Assembly (NCBI GenBank): GCA_034927595.1
Contig: JAYFPQ010000065.1
Span: 2,994-66,993, forward strand
DNA: 64,000 bases
Direction: 5' to 3'
DNA from: Christensenella sp.
GTDB taxonomy: Bacteria > Bacillota > Clostridia > Christensenellales > CAG-138
The notes under the pieces were generated by a model, which saw only the letters and a list, made by a program, of their open reading frames with translations, ran no database searches and was not told the DNA's origin. A program made the translations under genes and the position numbers. This document shows positions 33,492 to 43,529 of the stretch, in pieces. The first letter of the stretch is position 1. Each line of letters starts with the position of its first letter.

Positions 33492-33638
33492 GTTGCCCTC
33501 CTAACTCACACTGTCTGATCTATTATAGCCGTTGTGGTTTGAAAAAACCAGCTTCATTTTATTCATTATACCTCTTTACATAATGTTGTAAAGCGGTTAT
33601 CATAGTTTCATTAACTAGATAAAGAGGTGAAACAAACA

Positions 33639-34505
33639 ATGTCAATCGCACTCTATACCGATTCTTCCGCAAACCTGACCGAGGCGCAGCTCAACGAACA
33701 CCACATTGAGGTCGTCTCGCTGACGGTTTCGCTGAACGGTGAGGAGATTGTCTGCTACGAACCGGGCGTCGTCTTTGACCACGCGGCGATGATCAAGCGC
33801 ATGCGCGAGGACAGCACGCTGGAGATGAAGACCTCCATGGTCAACACCGCTACGTTTCTTGCCGCGTTTGAAGCGCATCTGAAGGCGGGCGAGGACGTGC
33901 TCTATATTGCGATGTCGAGCGGCATCAGCGGCACCTGCGGATGCAGCCAGACGGCGGCGGAGATTCTGCGCCCGAAATATCCGGATCGCAGCATCGTCAT
34001 CGTGGACTCGCTGACGGCGGTTGCCGGCGAGGGCATGATTGTTCTCGAAGCGGCGAAGCTGCGCGAAAACGGCGCGTCGCTGGAGGAAATCACCGCGCAC
34101 GCGGAGCGCCGCAGCCATGAAATCCATTCGTACATCATGGTGGACGACCTGAACTTTCTCAAGCGTGGCGGCCGTATTTCCGGCAGCGCGGCGCTGGCGG
34201 GATCGATTGTGCACCTGAAGCCGATTCTCAAGGGTGACGAGGAAGGCCGCCTTGTGCTCGACCAGAAGATGCTGGGACGCAAGAAGGCGCTCAAGTCGAT
34301 GTTTGAGCTGTTCCGGCAATACCACGTGGCAAATCCGGATAACCGCAAGCTTGGGATTACGCATACCGGCTGCGAGGACGAAGCGCACCTGCTGGCGGCG
34401 GACATCGGCGATTTTGCGCCGGACACAGAGGTGTCGGTTGCCTACTTTGAACCCTGTACGGCGTCGCACGTCGGACCCGGCTCGGTGGGACTGTTCTTCT
34501 TCTAA
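33639..34505 (+). CDS. DegV family fatty-acid-binding protein
   Basis: Motifs IALYTDSSANL, TSMVN and YIAMSSGISGT. The ATG at 33639 is preferred because AGAGGTG sits directly on the alternative GTG at 33627. Confidence 0.88.
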   Translation: MSIALYTDSSANLTEAQLNEHHIEVVSLTVSLNGEEIVCYEPGVVFDHAAMIKRMREDSTLEMKTSMVNTATFLAAFEAHLKAGEDVLYIAMSSGISGTCGCSQTAAEILRPKYPDRSIVIVDSLTAVAGEGMIVLEAAKLRENGASLEEITAHAERRSHEIHSYIMVDDLNFLKRGGRISGSAALAGSIVHLKPILKGDEEGRLVLDQKMLGRKKALKSMFELFRQYHVANPDNRKLGITHTGCEDEAHLLAADIGDFAPDTEVSVAYFEPCTASHVGPGSVGLFFF

Positions 34506-34554
34506 GCATTGATCGAATACCATACGAACTGATTCATCGTTTCATTCAAACAAA

Positions 34555-34593
34555 GACGGCGGAGCGCTCTGGGATGGGGCTCTGCCGTTTTTG
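34555..34593 (+). terminator. intrinsic terminator of degV
   Basis: GACGGCGGAGC...GGCTCTGCCGT followed by TTTTG. Confidence 0.6.
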
Positions 34594-34803
34594 TATGCCT
34601 TGTGTTTCCAATTGAGATAGGGAGAAGGGATCGTGTGGGAAAACAGGAAAATAACCGAGGAAGTCGATTTTATCCAATTTATTAAGAATATGTATGATGC
34701 TTGCAAATTAGACTACAAAAACCTATAGTATATTTGTACGATAAATACAGTTTATCAGATGGAACAAAGCCGGACACGACGCCATGAACAGAAGGGAATC
34801 GGC

Positions 34804-35808
34804 ATGGACAGCGAATGGCTGAATCATTTGTACGAGCTTGTGCTGCAGCAATTGCGCGACGGAATTGTTCTTTCCGACGCGGAAGGGAATATGGTCTTTG
34901 TCAACGATGCGGCGGAGCAGATTCGCAGTGTGCGGCGTGAAGATCTCCTCGGCAAGAGCATGGTGGACTGCCACCGACCGGAGTCCAGAGAAAAGGTGCT
35001 TCGCGCACTCGACCATTTAAAAACACACGAGGGAAGCTCGTTTAGCCGAATGGTGACCGACGTAAAGAACGACAAGATCTACGAAAATGTTTACGCGCCG
35101 GTCTTTGAGCCGGGGCACGAACTGCAAGGCATTGCCGTTATCTCACGGGACATCACCGCGCAGCGCAAGAGTGAGGAGAGCAAGGCGGCCTATCAGCGGG
35201 CGCAGCAGGTGGCGCACGATCTACTACGCGAGCAGTACCACAACCTCGTGCTCACGAGCATGGAGATGCTCTGTAACCTTCTGGAGGCGAGGGATCATTA
35301 CACGGACGGGCACTCGAAGCGCGTCTGCGAGATCGCCGTTAAGCTCTACGAAGAGAAGTATGGGGTAACCGAGGTCTTGCTGGACGTGCAATGGGCGGCA
35401 AAGCTGCACGATATCGGCAAAATCTGCATACCGGACAGCATTGTGCAAAAGCCCGGCAAGCTGACCAGCGAGGAATACGAAGCGATTAAGCAGCATAGCC
35501 GACTCGCCGGGGAAATCATCCGCCCGCTCGATCCGGGCAGCCGCATCTGGCCGATCATTCGGCACCATCATGAGCGCTTTGACGGAAAAGGGTATCCGGA
35601 CGGGTTGAAGGAGGAAGAGATTCCAGACGGATCGCGCGTGATCGCGATTGCGGACGCGTTTGACGCGATGCGCTCCAGCCGTCCCTACCGAGAGACGATG
35701 CGATATGAACAATGCGTAGAGGAAATTCAAAACAACGCCGGAAAACAGTTTGATCCGAAATGGGTGGATATTTTTCTCGAACTGGCAAAGACCGGAAGCA
35801 TCGATTAA
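34804..35808 (+). CDS. PAS-domain HD-GYP phosphodiesterase (c-di-GMP type)
   Basis: PAS-like N-terminus. HD-GYP motifs: HYTDGHSKRV, KLHDIGK, HHERFDGKGYPDGL. Start placed at MDSEWLN with an AAGGGA RBS; an alternative ATG lies at 34759. Confidence 0.85.
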   Translation: MDSEWLNHLYELVLQQLRDGIVLSDAEGNMVFVNDAAEQIRSVRREDLLGKSMVDCHRPESREKVLRALDHLKTHEGSSFSRMVTDVKNDKIYENVYAPVFEPGHELQGIAVISRDITAQRKSEESKAAYQRAQQVAHDLLREQYHNLVLTSMEMLCNLLEARDHYTDGHSKRVCEIAVKLYEEKYGVTEVLLDVQWAAKLHDIGKICIPDSIVQKPGKLTSEEYEAIKQHSRLAGEIIRPLDPGSRIWPIIRHHHERFDGKGYPDGLKEEEIPDGSRVIAIADAFDAMRSSRPYRETMRYEQCVEEIQNNAGKQFDPKWVDIFLELAKTGSID

Positions 35809-35826
35809 CAGGCATACAGCACATAA

Positions 35827-35850
35827 CCCGCCGGAAACGGCGGGCTTTTT
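35827..35850 (+). terminator. intrinsic terminator
   Basis: CCCGCCG-GAAA-CGGCGGG followed by CTTTTT. Confidence 0.65.
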
Positions 35851-35864
35851 CTCGCATAATGTAG

Positions 35865-37118
35865 TTAAAGCGAAAAGTAATAGGAGCCGAGCAGATACTC
35901 CTGCGAATAGGTTTTCGCGAGGCGGTAGAGCAACACTTTTCCTTCGGAAAGAGGGGCGGAACCGTTTTGATATCGAGCGAGAAAAGACGCATATCGCTTT
36001 TGCTCGGCGGTCGAAGCGCAACCGCTGAAATACCCCCAAACATGCTCCAGCGCATTGACCGCGCGCCCGCGATCCTCCGGAAGGGCGAGCGCGGACTCCA
36101 CCAAGCGATAGAACGGAATCGCGAGATCGCCCTGTTTGTCCTTGAGGAGCGTTCGAAGCTCCTGATACACCTGCGGCGAGCGCTCCAATACGGCGTATTT
36201 GTAGCGGCCCCATTCCGTTTCGAGCAGCCGCTGGTTTGGCGAAGCAAGGCACAGCTGGCATTTCACGGCGGAGCGGTTTTTGTCCTTCACCTCCAGCATG
36301 ATGTCCGGTCGGAGCTCCGGCAGGCTCTCGACATAGGTTAGAAACGGGTCGATGGCAATATTATCCGAATGCGCACCGCGCGTCTTTTCGGGATTTGGCT
36401 GGGAATAGTGCGTCTTTTGCGCGCCGTCCTCCACGCGCCAGGTCGGGCGGCAGGCTTTGACCCAATATGCGTCGCTCTTCGTAACGTCCGCGGGGTGGAT
36501 GGCGTTGTGCAGGTTGTCGTAGACGGCCGGGGCGCCGATGGAGAGGCAGAGCTCCAGCACCTCCGCAATGGTATAGATGGAGCCGTCGTTCTCCAGCACA
36601 AGGCGGCGGCGAATGGACTCGTCCAGGTCGCGGTAGACCGCGCGAAAGCGCGCGAGCGCCTCGGCGGGATCGTTGTACTTTCCGCCGACGTGCAGAATGA
36701 TCTTGTGCGTTTGATCGAGCTTCAGCGCGTCGAGCACGCGCGCGTGATACTGCAAGTCCTCAATGGCGCGCTGCACCACGCCGGAACCCTCGGAGTTCAG
36801 CACCGTATACTGCCCGGGGTGCATGGAAACGCGCATGCCGCTCTTCGCGATCTTATTCGAAATGGATGCGATTCGCTCGGCATAGACCGTTTCCCAGGGG
36901 AGGTTTGCGGCGAGGCTGGAGCCAAACGGGATCAGGTCCGAGCTGATTCGATACAGCCGGATTCCGTTGGCTATGTTGTAGTCAACCATGCGCTCCAGCG
37001 CGAGCAGGTTTTCACCCGCGAGCGAGAGGAGCGTTTCCGGCGCGGCATGTTTCAGCGTACAGGTGCGAATGCCGGTTTGCTCAACCGCGACAGTCAGGCA
37101 GGCGTAGCCGATGCGCAT
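35865..37118 (-). CDS. uvsE: UV damage endonuclease UvsE fused to a DUF1722-like C-terminal domain
   Basis: GGAGGA RBS before MRIGYACL. Motifs YRISSDLIPFGS, RVSMHPGQY, ILHVGG, LENDG and EVKDKN. The C-terminal 121 aa carries LEHVWGYF...EQKRYASFLARYQNG...YL. Confidence 0.85.
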   Translation of the reverse strand: MRIGYACLTVAVEQTGIRTCTLKHAAPETLLSLAGENLLALERMVDYNIANGIRLYRISSDLIPFGSSLAANLPWETVYAERIASISNKIAKSGMRVSMHPGQYTVLNSEGSGVVQRAIEDLQYHARVLDALKLDQTHKIILHVGGKYNDPAEALARFRAVYRDLDESIRRRLVLENDGSIYTIAEVLELCLSIGAPAVYDNLHNAIHPADVTKSDAYWVKACRPTWRVEDGAQKTHYSQPNPEKTRGAHSDNIAIDPFLTYVESLPELRPDIMLEVKDKNRSAVKCQLCLASPNQRLLETEWGRYKYAVLERSPQVYQELRTLLKDKQGDLAIPFYRLVESALALPEDRGRAVNALEHVWGYFSGCASTAEQKRYASFLARYQNGSAPLSEGKVLLYRLAKTYSQEYLLGSYYFSL

Positions 37119-37262
37119 GTGGAAAGTTCCTCCATTCAAAGTAGGCTGTTCTCCGTAAAACGCACGCAGAATTCGGTATTGTTGCAATTGTTTTGCAAAC
37201 AGGCTGCCCGGTTTGTGGTAAAATCGATGGCATAGTATTTGTTTTTCACAGACGGAGGGCCC

Positions 37263-37823
37263 ATGCAACAGAATCCAACGGATCAGGACTTAATCGAAGT
37301 ACCCGTCTCCTCGGAGGAGATTTACAACGGAAAAATCGTGCACCTGTTTCGGGACACGGTGCGCCTGCCAAACGGCAAGACCGCCATCCGCGAGGTGATG
37401 CGTCACCCCGGCGCGGTTTGCATCGTCCCGCTGACCGAGCAAAACGAGGTGCTCATGGTGCGCCAGTTTCGCCATCCGTTTTCGAAGGTGTTGCTGGAAG
37501 CGCCCGCGGGCAAGCTTGACCCGAACGAAGCCCCGGAGGACTGCGCGCGCCGCGAGCTCTCGGAAGAGACCGGCGCCGAGGCGGGCGAGCTGACGTACAT
37601 TGGCGACTATTACCCCTCCGTCGCCGTGCTGGACGAGAACATTCGCCTCTATATTGCGCGAAAACTGTCGTTCCATAGCCAGCATACGGACGACGACGAA
37701 TTCCTGCGTGTTGAGCGGATTCCGCTCAAGACGCTGGTGGAGCAGGTACTCTCCGGCGAAATCTGCGACGGAAAAACGCAGGCGGCGATTCTGAAAACTT
37801 GGTTTCTGGAGCAGAACCGGTAA
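37263..37823 (+). CDS. nudF: Nudix hydrolase, ADP-ribose pyrophosphatase type
   Basis: GGAGGG RBS. Nudix box GKLDPNEAPEDCARRELSEETG. Confidence 0.85.
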   Translation: MQQNPTDQDLIEVPVSSEEIYNGKIVHLFRDTVRLPNGKTAIREVMRHPGAVCIVPLTEQNEVLMVRQFRHPFSKVLLEAPAGKLDPNEAPEDCARRELSEETGAEAGELTYIGDYYPSVAVLDENIRLYIARKLSFHSQHTDDDEFLRVERIPLKTLVEQVLSGEICDGKTQAAILKTWFLEQNR

Positions 37824-37830
37824 ACAAAGA

Positions 37831-37856
37831 AAGAGCGGACGTCCGCTCTTTTTTTA
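37831..37856. terminator. bidirectional intrinsic terminator
   Basis: AGAGCGGAC-GTCCGCTCT followed by TTTTTTT. Confidence 0.7.
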
Positions 37857-37861
37857 TGTGC

Positions 37862-38689
37862 TCAGGTCGATTGTTCGTCCTTGGGTAAGGAAATACAGTA
37901 TTTTCCGCTGTAGGGTTTCGAAGGGAGCACGCCCTTTTGAATCAGAACCAGCAACGCGATTCCAACGAGAATTAAAATGCCGGAGAGCAGCTGCGAGACG
38001 CGGATGCTGCCAAAGAGGTAGAGGCTGTCCATTCGAAATCCTTCGACGATCACGCGGATCAACCCGTAGCCGATGAAGTAGACGGCAAGCAACGTGCCGT
38101 CCTTCGGCTGCTTTCGGCTGAGGAGTAGCGTAACGGTCAGGAGGATTGCGTTGCCGAAGCTCTCGTAGAAAAACGTCGCCTGATGCCATTCGCCAAGCGC
38201 GTCAATGTACACGGCGAAGGGAAAGAACTGCAGCGCGGGATTGGAAACCAGCCCGCCGAACGCTTCCTGATTGATGAAGTTGCCCCAGCGTCCGAGCATC
38301 TGCCCGAGAATCAGGCTCGGAATTACGAGATCAAGCAGCTTGAGAAACGGAAACTTCGCCGCGCGGGTAAAGAAAAACGCGGCGAGAAATCCGCCGATCA
38401 CCGCGCCGTAGATGGCGAGGCCACCTTCATTGATTGCGAAAATCTTGATGAGGTTTTGCGCGTACTGCTCCCATTCGAACGCGACGTAATAGAGCCGCGC
38501 GCCGATGACCGCCAGCGGAATCGCAAGCAGAATGAAATCCAGCACCAGATCGGACTTCCAGCCGCGGCGCTTGGCACGAACGCCGGCGAGCAATATGCCA
38601 AGCAGCATGCCGGAGGCGATGATCACCCCATACCAGGTAATGTTTAATCCTTGAACGCCAAATAAGCTCTCTACGATAAAACGATTCAT
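37862..38689 (-). CDS. lgt: prolipoprotein diacylglyceryl transferase
   Basis: Motifs ITWYGVIIASG, GARLYYV and GRWGNFINQEAFG. Confidence 0.9.
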   Translation of the reverse strand: MNRFIVESLFGVQGLNITWYGVIIASGMLLGILLAGVRAKRRGWKSDLVLDFILLAIPLAVIGARLYYVAFEWEQYAQNLIKIFAINEGGLAIYGAVIGGFLAAFFFTRAAKFPFLKLLDLVIPSLILGQMLGRWGNFINQEAFGGLVSNPALQFFPFAVYIDALGEWHQATFFYESFGNAILLTVTLLLSRKQPKDGTLLAVYFIGYGLIRVIVEGFRMDSLYLFGSIRVSQLLSGILILVGIALLVLIQKGVLPSKPYSGKYCISLPKDEQST

Positions 38690-38765
38690 TGAAACCCTTT
38701 CCGGTTACGATTGTTTCCCAGCCGGAAACAATGCGGTTGATGCGAATACCCTAATTGGTATTCTA

Positions 38766-39251
38766 TCAAATTTGATTCAGAAGATCAAAGCGCTCTAAAC
38801 AGGCAATGTACTCCGCAACGCTGTAGTAGTTCGCAAGATCGGTTTCATTGAGCCCGCGAAACGCGTAGAGTTCGTCCCAAAGGCGGCTGCTTCCCTCGAC
38901 AACGAAATAGCCGGTGACTAGATCGATGCCAACGAAGATTTCGATTCCCTGAAAACAGGCGTCCTGCTCTCGATAGAGCGCCTCGCCCGCGCCAACGGGT
39001 TCGACAATGCAGCATACGGGCTTTGGCGCGGCACTCGGCGGGAGTTCGCGCGCGAGTGATTCGTTTTGCAGTATGTTTTGAATGACCACCTGATCCGCCC
39101 TCGAATCGTGCAGCATACGCAGTGAATAGCGCGAGCGAAGATAGGCAAGCAATTCCTCGCCGCTTTTCCGGTTCGGATTCAGGCGGGGGCGATACTGGGC
39201 AAACACCTGTTTCCAGGTTGCGATATCCTGTATAGTAGGTTCATGCGTGAG
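38766..39251 (-). CDS. hypothetical protein, no recognised domain
   Basis: A 161-173 aa ORF with normal composition. GAAAGG RBS before the ATG at 39251; an alternative start is at 39287. Confidence 0.5.
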   Translation of the reverse strand, partial: LTHEPTIQDIATWKQVFAQYRPRLNPNRKSGEELLAYLRSRYSLRMLHDSRADQVVIQNILQNESLARELPPSAAPKPVCCIVEPVGAGEALYREQDACFQGIEIFVGIDLVTGYFVVEGSSRLWDELYAFRGLNETDLANYYSVAEYIACLERFDLLNQI

Positions 39252-39480
39252 CATACGTTCTACCTTTCTTTGGATCAATCTTTGCATCCACTGGGAAATA
39301 GGATACCATTTTTTTGCGTCAGATTGCGCGATTTTTTATTAGAATCGTTCCTCGAAAAGGCAAAACTGTGAAGAAATAAGAAAATTATACGCCAGTTGAT
39401 CTTCCGTTCATAATTTCGCGTTACAATGCGCAAGCATTATTTGAAAAAACGGTTGCTGGAAACAACCTGGAGGAATATGG

Positions 39481-40185
39481 ATGGCACCATACGTACAGTT
39501 TGAAAACGTCGCAAAGGTCTATCGCACCGAAGGCGAAGCGGTACACGCGCTGCGCGACGTGAACTTTTCTATTGAGCAGGGCGAGGTCTGCGTGATCGTC
39601 GGTCAGTCCGGCGCGGGTAAGACGACGCTGCTGAACATTCTCGGCGGCATGGACACGCTCACGAGCGGCAAGGCCTTTCTTGGCGGCGAGGAGATCTCCG
39701 CCTATAGCAAACGACAATTGACCCGTTGTCGCCGCGAGGACGTCGGGTTTGTGTTTCAGTTTTACAATTTAATTCCGAACCTGACCGCACTGGAAAATGT
39801 TGAGATGGCGACGGAACTGGCAAAGACGCCGTTCTCCGCCGCCGAAACGCTCAAGGACGTTGGCCTTGGCGAGCGCATGAACAACTTTCCCGCGCAGCTT
39901 TCGGGCGGCGAGCAGCAGCGCGTCGCGATTGCGCGCGCGCTGGCAAAGAATCCCAAGCTGCTGCTCTGCGACGAGCCGACCGGCGCACTCGACGACAGCA
40001 CCGGCAAGCAGGTGCTCAAGGTGCTTTCCGATCTCGGCCGGGTCAAGGGAAAGACGGTCGTCATCATTACCCATAACTCCGCGATAACGCAGATGGCAGA
40101 TCGCGTGGTGCGCGTGAAAAACGGAACGGTGGTCTCCGTGCAGAGAAACGAACATCCAAAATCGGTAGAGGAGATCGATTGGTGA
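39481..40185 (+). CDS. ABC transporter ATP-binding protein (MacB/LolD-like)
   Basis: GGAGGA RBS. Walker A GQSGAGKTT, signature LSGGEQQR, Walker B LLLCDEPTGALD. Confidence 0.9.
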   Translation: MAPYVQFENVAKVYRTEGEAVHALRDVNFSIEQGEVCVIVGQSGAGKTTLLNILGGMDTLTSGKAFLGGEEISAYSKRQLTRCRREDVGFVFQFYNLIPNLTALENVEMATELAKTPFSAAETLKDVGLGERMNNFPAQLSGGEQQRVAIARALAKNPKLLLCDEPTGALDDSTGKQVLKVLSDLGRVKGKTVVIITHNSAITQMADRVVRVKNGTVVSVQRNEHPKSVEEIDW

Positions 40186-43100
40186 TGCGCGTTCTTTCTG
40201 CCTGGAGAAAAAATAGAACTCGGGAAGTGCTGCAGTCCCTTGGGCGTTTTCTGGCGATTCTTTCCATCGTCGCGCTTGGCGTCGGCGTATTTTCGGGACT
40301 CAAGGTCACCCAGCGGGCAATGGTTGACACCGCGGATCTCTACATCAAGCAAAACGCGATGTACGACGACAAGCTGGTCTCTACCGTTGGCTGGGAAACG
40401 CAGGACGTTGGCGAAGTTGCCAAGATCAAGGGCGTAACCGCGGCGGAGGGTTCCGTCAGCATGGACGTGATTGTCGATATGGAGAACGACGGCTCCTATG
40501 TGGTCAGCGCGCATGCGATGTTGAACCAGCTCAATCAGCTCAGTTTGACGAATGGGCGGATGCCGCAGGCGGCGAACGAGTGCGTTGGCGACGCGGACAT
40601 GCTCGACAAAAGCAGTCTTGGCAAAAAGATCCATATTTCCAGCGAGAACGATTCCGACACGCTGGATGCGTTCGCGTACGACGAATATACGATTGTCGGG
40701 CTCGCGAATTCAATCGAGTACCTTAACATTGAACGCGGAACGACGAAGCTCTCCGGCGGAAAGGTCAGCGCATTTGTCTATCTGCCAGCGGACGGATTCT
40801 CGACCGACTATTATACGGAGATCTATGTTTCGCTGCAGGGCACCGAACAACGGATCTTCAGCGACGCGTATCAAAGTGCGATGGATGCGATGGAGCAGCC
40901 GCTCAAGAACGACATCCAGCGGCTGGCCGACACGCGTTACGATAATCTGGTTTCGGACGCAAACCAGAAAATAGCGGACGGCGAGCAGGAATACAACGAC
41001 GGCCTGGACGAATACAACACCAAGAAGGCGGACGCGGACAAGGAGCTCGGCGAAGCGGAGGACGCGCTGGCAAGCGCGAAATCGCAGATTGAGGCGGGTT
41101 GGGGTCGCATTTATAAATACGAAGACGACCTGAACGAAGCCGAGCAGGAATATCAGGCAGGCTTGCCCGTCTGGCAGCAGGCGTACGCGGACTATACCAC
41201 GTCCCGCGCGAGCACCGAAGCGCAGCTGGCCGCGAGCCAGTCGACCATCGACTCCCAACGCTCGTCGCTGAACACCGCGCTGCTTGCCGCGCAGGCGGCG
41301 GGCGACACGACGCAGGAAGCGATCATTCAGGGGCAGCTTAGCGCGCTGGACACGGCGCAGTCCCAGCTGGACGGCCAGAAGGCCGCCGCGGCGGCGCAGT
41401 TCAACGCGGCAGAAGCGCAGCTCAACGCGAACAAGGCGCAGCTGGACGCGGCGCCCGCACAGATTGCGGCGGGGCGCTCGCAGATCGCCTCCGGAAAGCA
41501 CGACCTCGCGGTTGCGCAGGATCAGTACGACAGGGGAATGCAGGAGTACCTCGACGCAAAGGCCGAGGCGGACCAAAAACTCAGCGACGCGAAGCAGAAA
41601 CTCGACGATGCGAAGCAGAAGATTGACGACGCGAAGGCCGATCTGGCGGATCTGGAGCGGCCGGACGTCTACGTGCTTGACCGCGAGACGAACAGCGGCT
41701 ATGTCGGGTTTGAAAACGACTCCGCCATCGTCGCCGGTATTGCGAAGGTCTTTCCGCTGTTCTTTTTCCTGATTGCCGCGTTGGTCTGCATGACGACGAT
41801 GACGCGCATGGTGGAGGAACAACGTACGCAGATCGGAACACTCAAGGCGCTCGGCTATAGCGATACCACCATCGCGATGAAGTTCATCACCTATGCCGCG
41901 AGCGCGGCGGGTATTGGCTGTCTGATTGGATTCTTTGGCGGAATCAAGCTCTTTCCGTGGGTCATCTGGCAGGCGTACGGCATGCTCTACGGCTTTGCGC
42001 CGATTCTCTACGTGGTGGACTGGAATCTACTCGCGATTTTGTTCGTTTCGTCGATTGTGGGGCTGTCCGGCGTGACGTTTTTAACCTGCCGCGCGGAACT
42101 GAGCCTTATGCCTGCGGAACTCATGCGCCCGAAAGCGCCAAAGGAAGGCAAGCGTGTGTTTCTGGAGCGGATTCCGTTCCTCTGGAACCGATTGAGTTTC
42201 ATGAAGAAAATATCGTTCCGCAACGTGTTTCGCTACACCAAGCGGCTGATCATGATGGTGCTTGGAATCGGCGGCTGCACGGCGCTGCTGATGACGGGCT
42301 TTGGCATAAGGGACTCGATTGCCAACATTGCGGACGACCAGTTTGACAACATCATGGTCTACGACTTTGCCGTGCTGTTTGACGAGCCTAAGGACGAAAC
42401 AGAGCAGCAAACCTTCCAAACGGATACGGAAAGCCTGCTGTCGAAATGCGTATTTGTTACGACGGATTCCCTCAAGGTGGATACGCGCGACGGCGCGAAG
42501 ACGACAAACGTTATTGCAACGGGTGAACCGAAGATCGGCGAGCTGATGAACCTGCATACGCTGAAGCAGGACAAATTGAGCTTTCCAACGGACGGCGGCG
42601 TGCTGATCAGCGAGAAACTCGCTCAGATCAGCGGCGTTTCGCCGGGGGGCACCATCCACGTGACGCTGGACGATGCGCGCGAGTTGGATTTAACGGTCAA
42701 CGGCGTGTTTGAGAACTTCGTGTATAACTACGTGCTGATGTCGCCCGAAACGTATGCGTCGGTCTATCAGCACAGCGGGGAATACGACACCGCGTTTGCC
42801 AACGCCGCCGGGGCGGATAAGCACGCCGCGGCCGCCGCGCTGCTGGACGACTACGGCGCGACAAACGTCACCGTGACGTCGGACATTCGCGAACGCGTGG
42901 ACAGCATGATGACCAGCCTCAACCTCGTAATCTTTGCGGTGATCATCAGTGCGGGCGCGCTGGCATTCGTCGTGCTGTTTAACCTGAGCAACATCAACAT
43001 CACGGAGCGCATTCGCGAAATTGCGACGATCAAGGTGCTGGGGTTCTACGCGCCGGAGGTTGGCGCCTACGTGTTCCGCGAGAATCTGGTGCTAACGCTG

Positions 43101-43319
43101 CTGGGCGCGCTGGCTGGCATTCCGCTCGGGCTCTGGCTGCATGCGTTCGTCATGAGCCAGCTGAACTTCGACATGGTGAACTTTCACGCTGTGATCAAGC
43201 CCATCAGTTATCTCTTCTCGGTTGCGCTGACGTGTGTGTTCGCGTTTTGCATGGACATCATCATGCGCCCGAAGCTCGAAAAGATCAACATGGTCGAGTC
43301 GCTCAAGGCGATTGAGTAA
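40185..43319 (+). CDS. FtsX/MacB-type ABC permease with two FtsX modules and a roughly 250-aa extracytoplasmic coiled coil
   Basis: The start overlaps the ATPase stop (TGATG). The topology is N-terminal TM, large ectodomain, then two blocks of FtsX-type helices. The segment at nt 40935-41685 is Q/A/D/K-rich with heptad periodicity. Confidence 0.85.
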   Translation: MRVLSAWRKNRTREVLQSLGRFLAILSIVALGVGVFSGLKVTQRAMVDTADLYIKQNAMYDDKLVSTVGWETQDVGEVAKIKGVTAAEGSVSMDVIVDMENDGSYVVSAHAMLNQLNQLSLTNGRMPQAANECVGDADMLDKSSLGKKIHISSENDSDTLDAFAYDEYTIVGLANSIEYLNIERGTTKLSGGKVSAFVYLPADGFSTDYYTEIYVSLQGTEQRIFSDAYQSAMDAMEQPLKNDIQRLADTRYDNLVSDANQKIADGEQEYNDGLDEYNTKKADADKELGEAEDALASAKSQIEAGWGRIYKYEDDLNEAEQEYQAGLPVWQQAYADYTTSRASTEAQLAASQSTIDSQRSSLNTALLAAQAAGDTTQEAIIQGQLSALDTAQSQLDGQKAAAAAQFNAAEAQLNANKAQLDAAPAQIAAGRSQIASGKHDLAVAQDQYDRGMQEYLDAKAEADQKLSDAKQKLDDAKQKIDDAKADLADLERPDVYVLDRETNSGYVGFENDSAIVAGIAKVFPLFFFLIAALVCMTTMTRMVEEQRTQIGTLKALGYSDTTIAMKFITYAASAAGIGCLIGFFGGIKLFPWVIWQAYGMLYGFAPILYVVDWNLLAILFVSSIVGLSGVTFLTCRAELSLMPAELMRPKAPKEGKRVFLERIPFLWNRLSFMKKISFRNVFRYTKRLIMMVLGIGGCTALLMTGFGIRDSIANIADDQFDNIMVYDFAVLFDEPKDETEQQTFQTDTESLLSKCVFVTTDSLKVDTRDGAKTTNVIATGEPKIGELMNLHTLKQDKLSFPTDGGVLISEKLAQISGVSPGGTIHVTLDDARELDLTVNGVFENFVYNYVLMSPETYASVYQHSGEYDTAFANAAGADKHAAAAALLDDYGATNVTVTSDIRERVDSMMTSLNLVIFAVIISAGALAFVVLFNLSNINITERIREIATIKVLGFYAPEVGAYVFRENLVLTLLGALAGIPLGLWLHAFVMSQLNFDMVNFHAVIKPISYLFSVALTCVFAFCMDIIMRPKLEKINMVESLKAIE

Positions 43320-43346
43320 AGCGAAAACTCGTTTTTCGGAACAAAG

Positions 43347-43379
43347 CGGACGGGATCAAACGGATTCCGTCCGTTTTTG
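43347..43379 (+). terminator. intrinsic terminator
   Basis: GCGGACGG...CCGTCCGT followed by TTTTTG. Confidence 0.65.
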
Positions 43380-43443
43380 TTTACACCAATGAATTGTCGC
43401 AGGAAATGCAAAAAAGCTTTTCTGTATATACACATTCCGGCAC

Positions 43444-43472
43444 TTGAAGAGGTGTGAATCGACGGTTACAAT
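43444..43472 (+). promoter_or_regulatory. sigma-70-type promoter: TTGAAG, 17-nt spacer, TACAAT
   Basis: Hexamers and the 17-nt spacer were read directly. The promoter lies about 50 nt upstream of the AGGAGG RBS of the next gene. Confidence 0.4.
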
Positions 43473-43529
43473 AGGTACTAGATTCCGTTTTATTAGTAAT
43501 CATATCGTTCCAAACAGGAGGTGTTGCGC

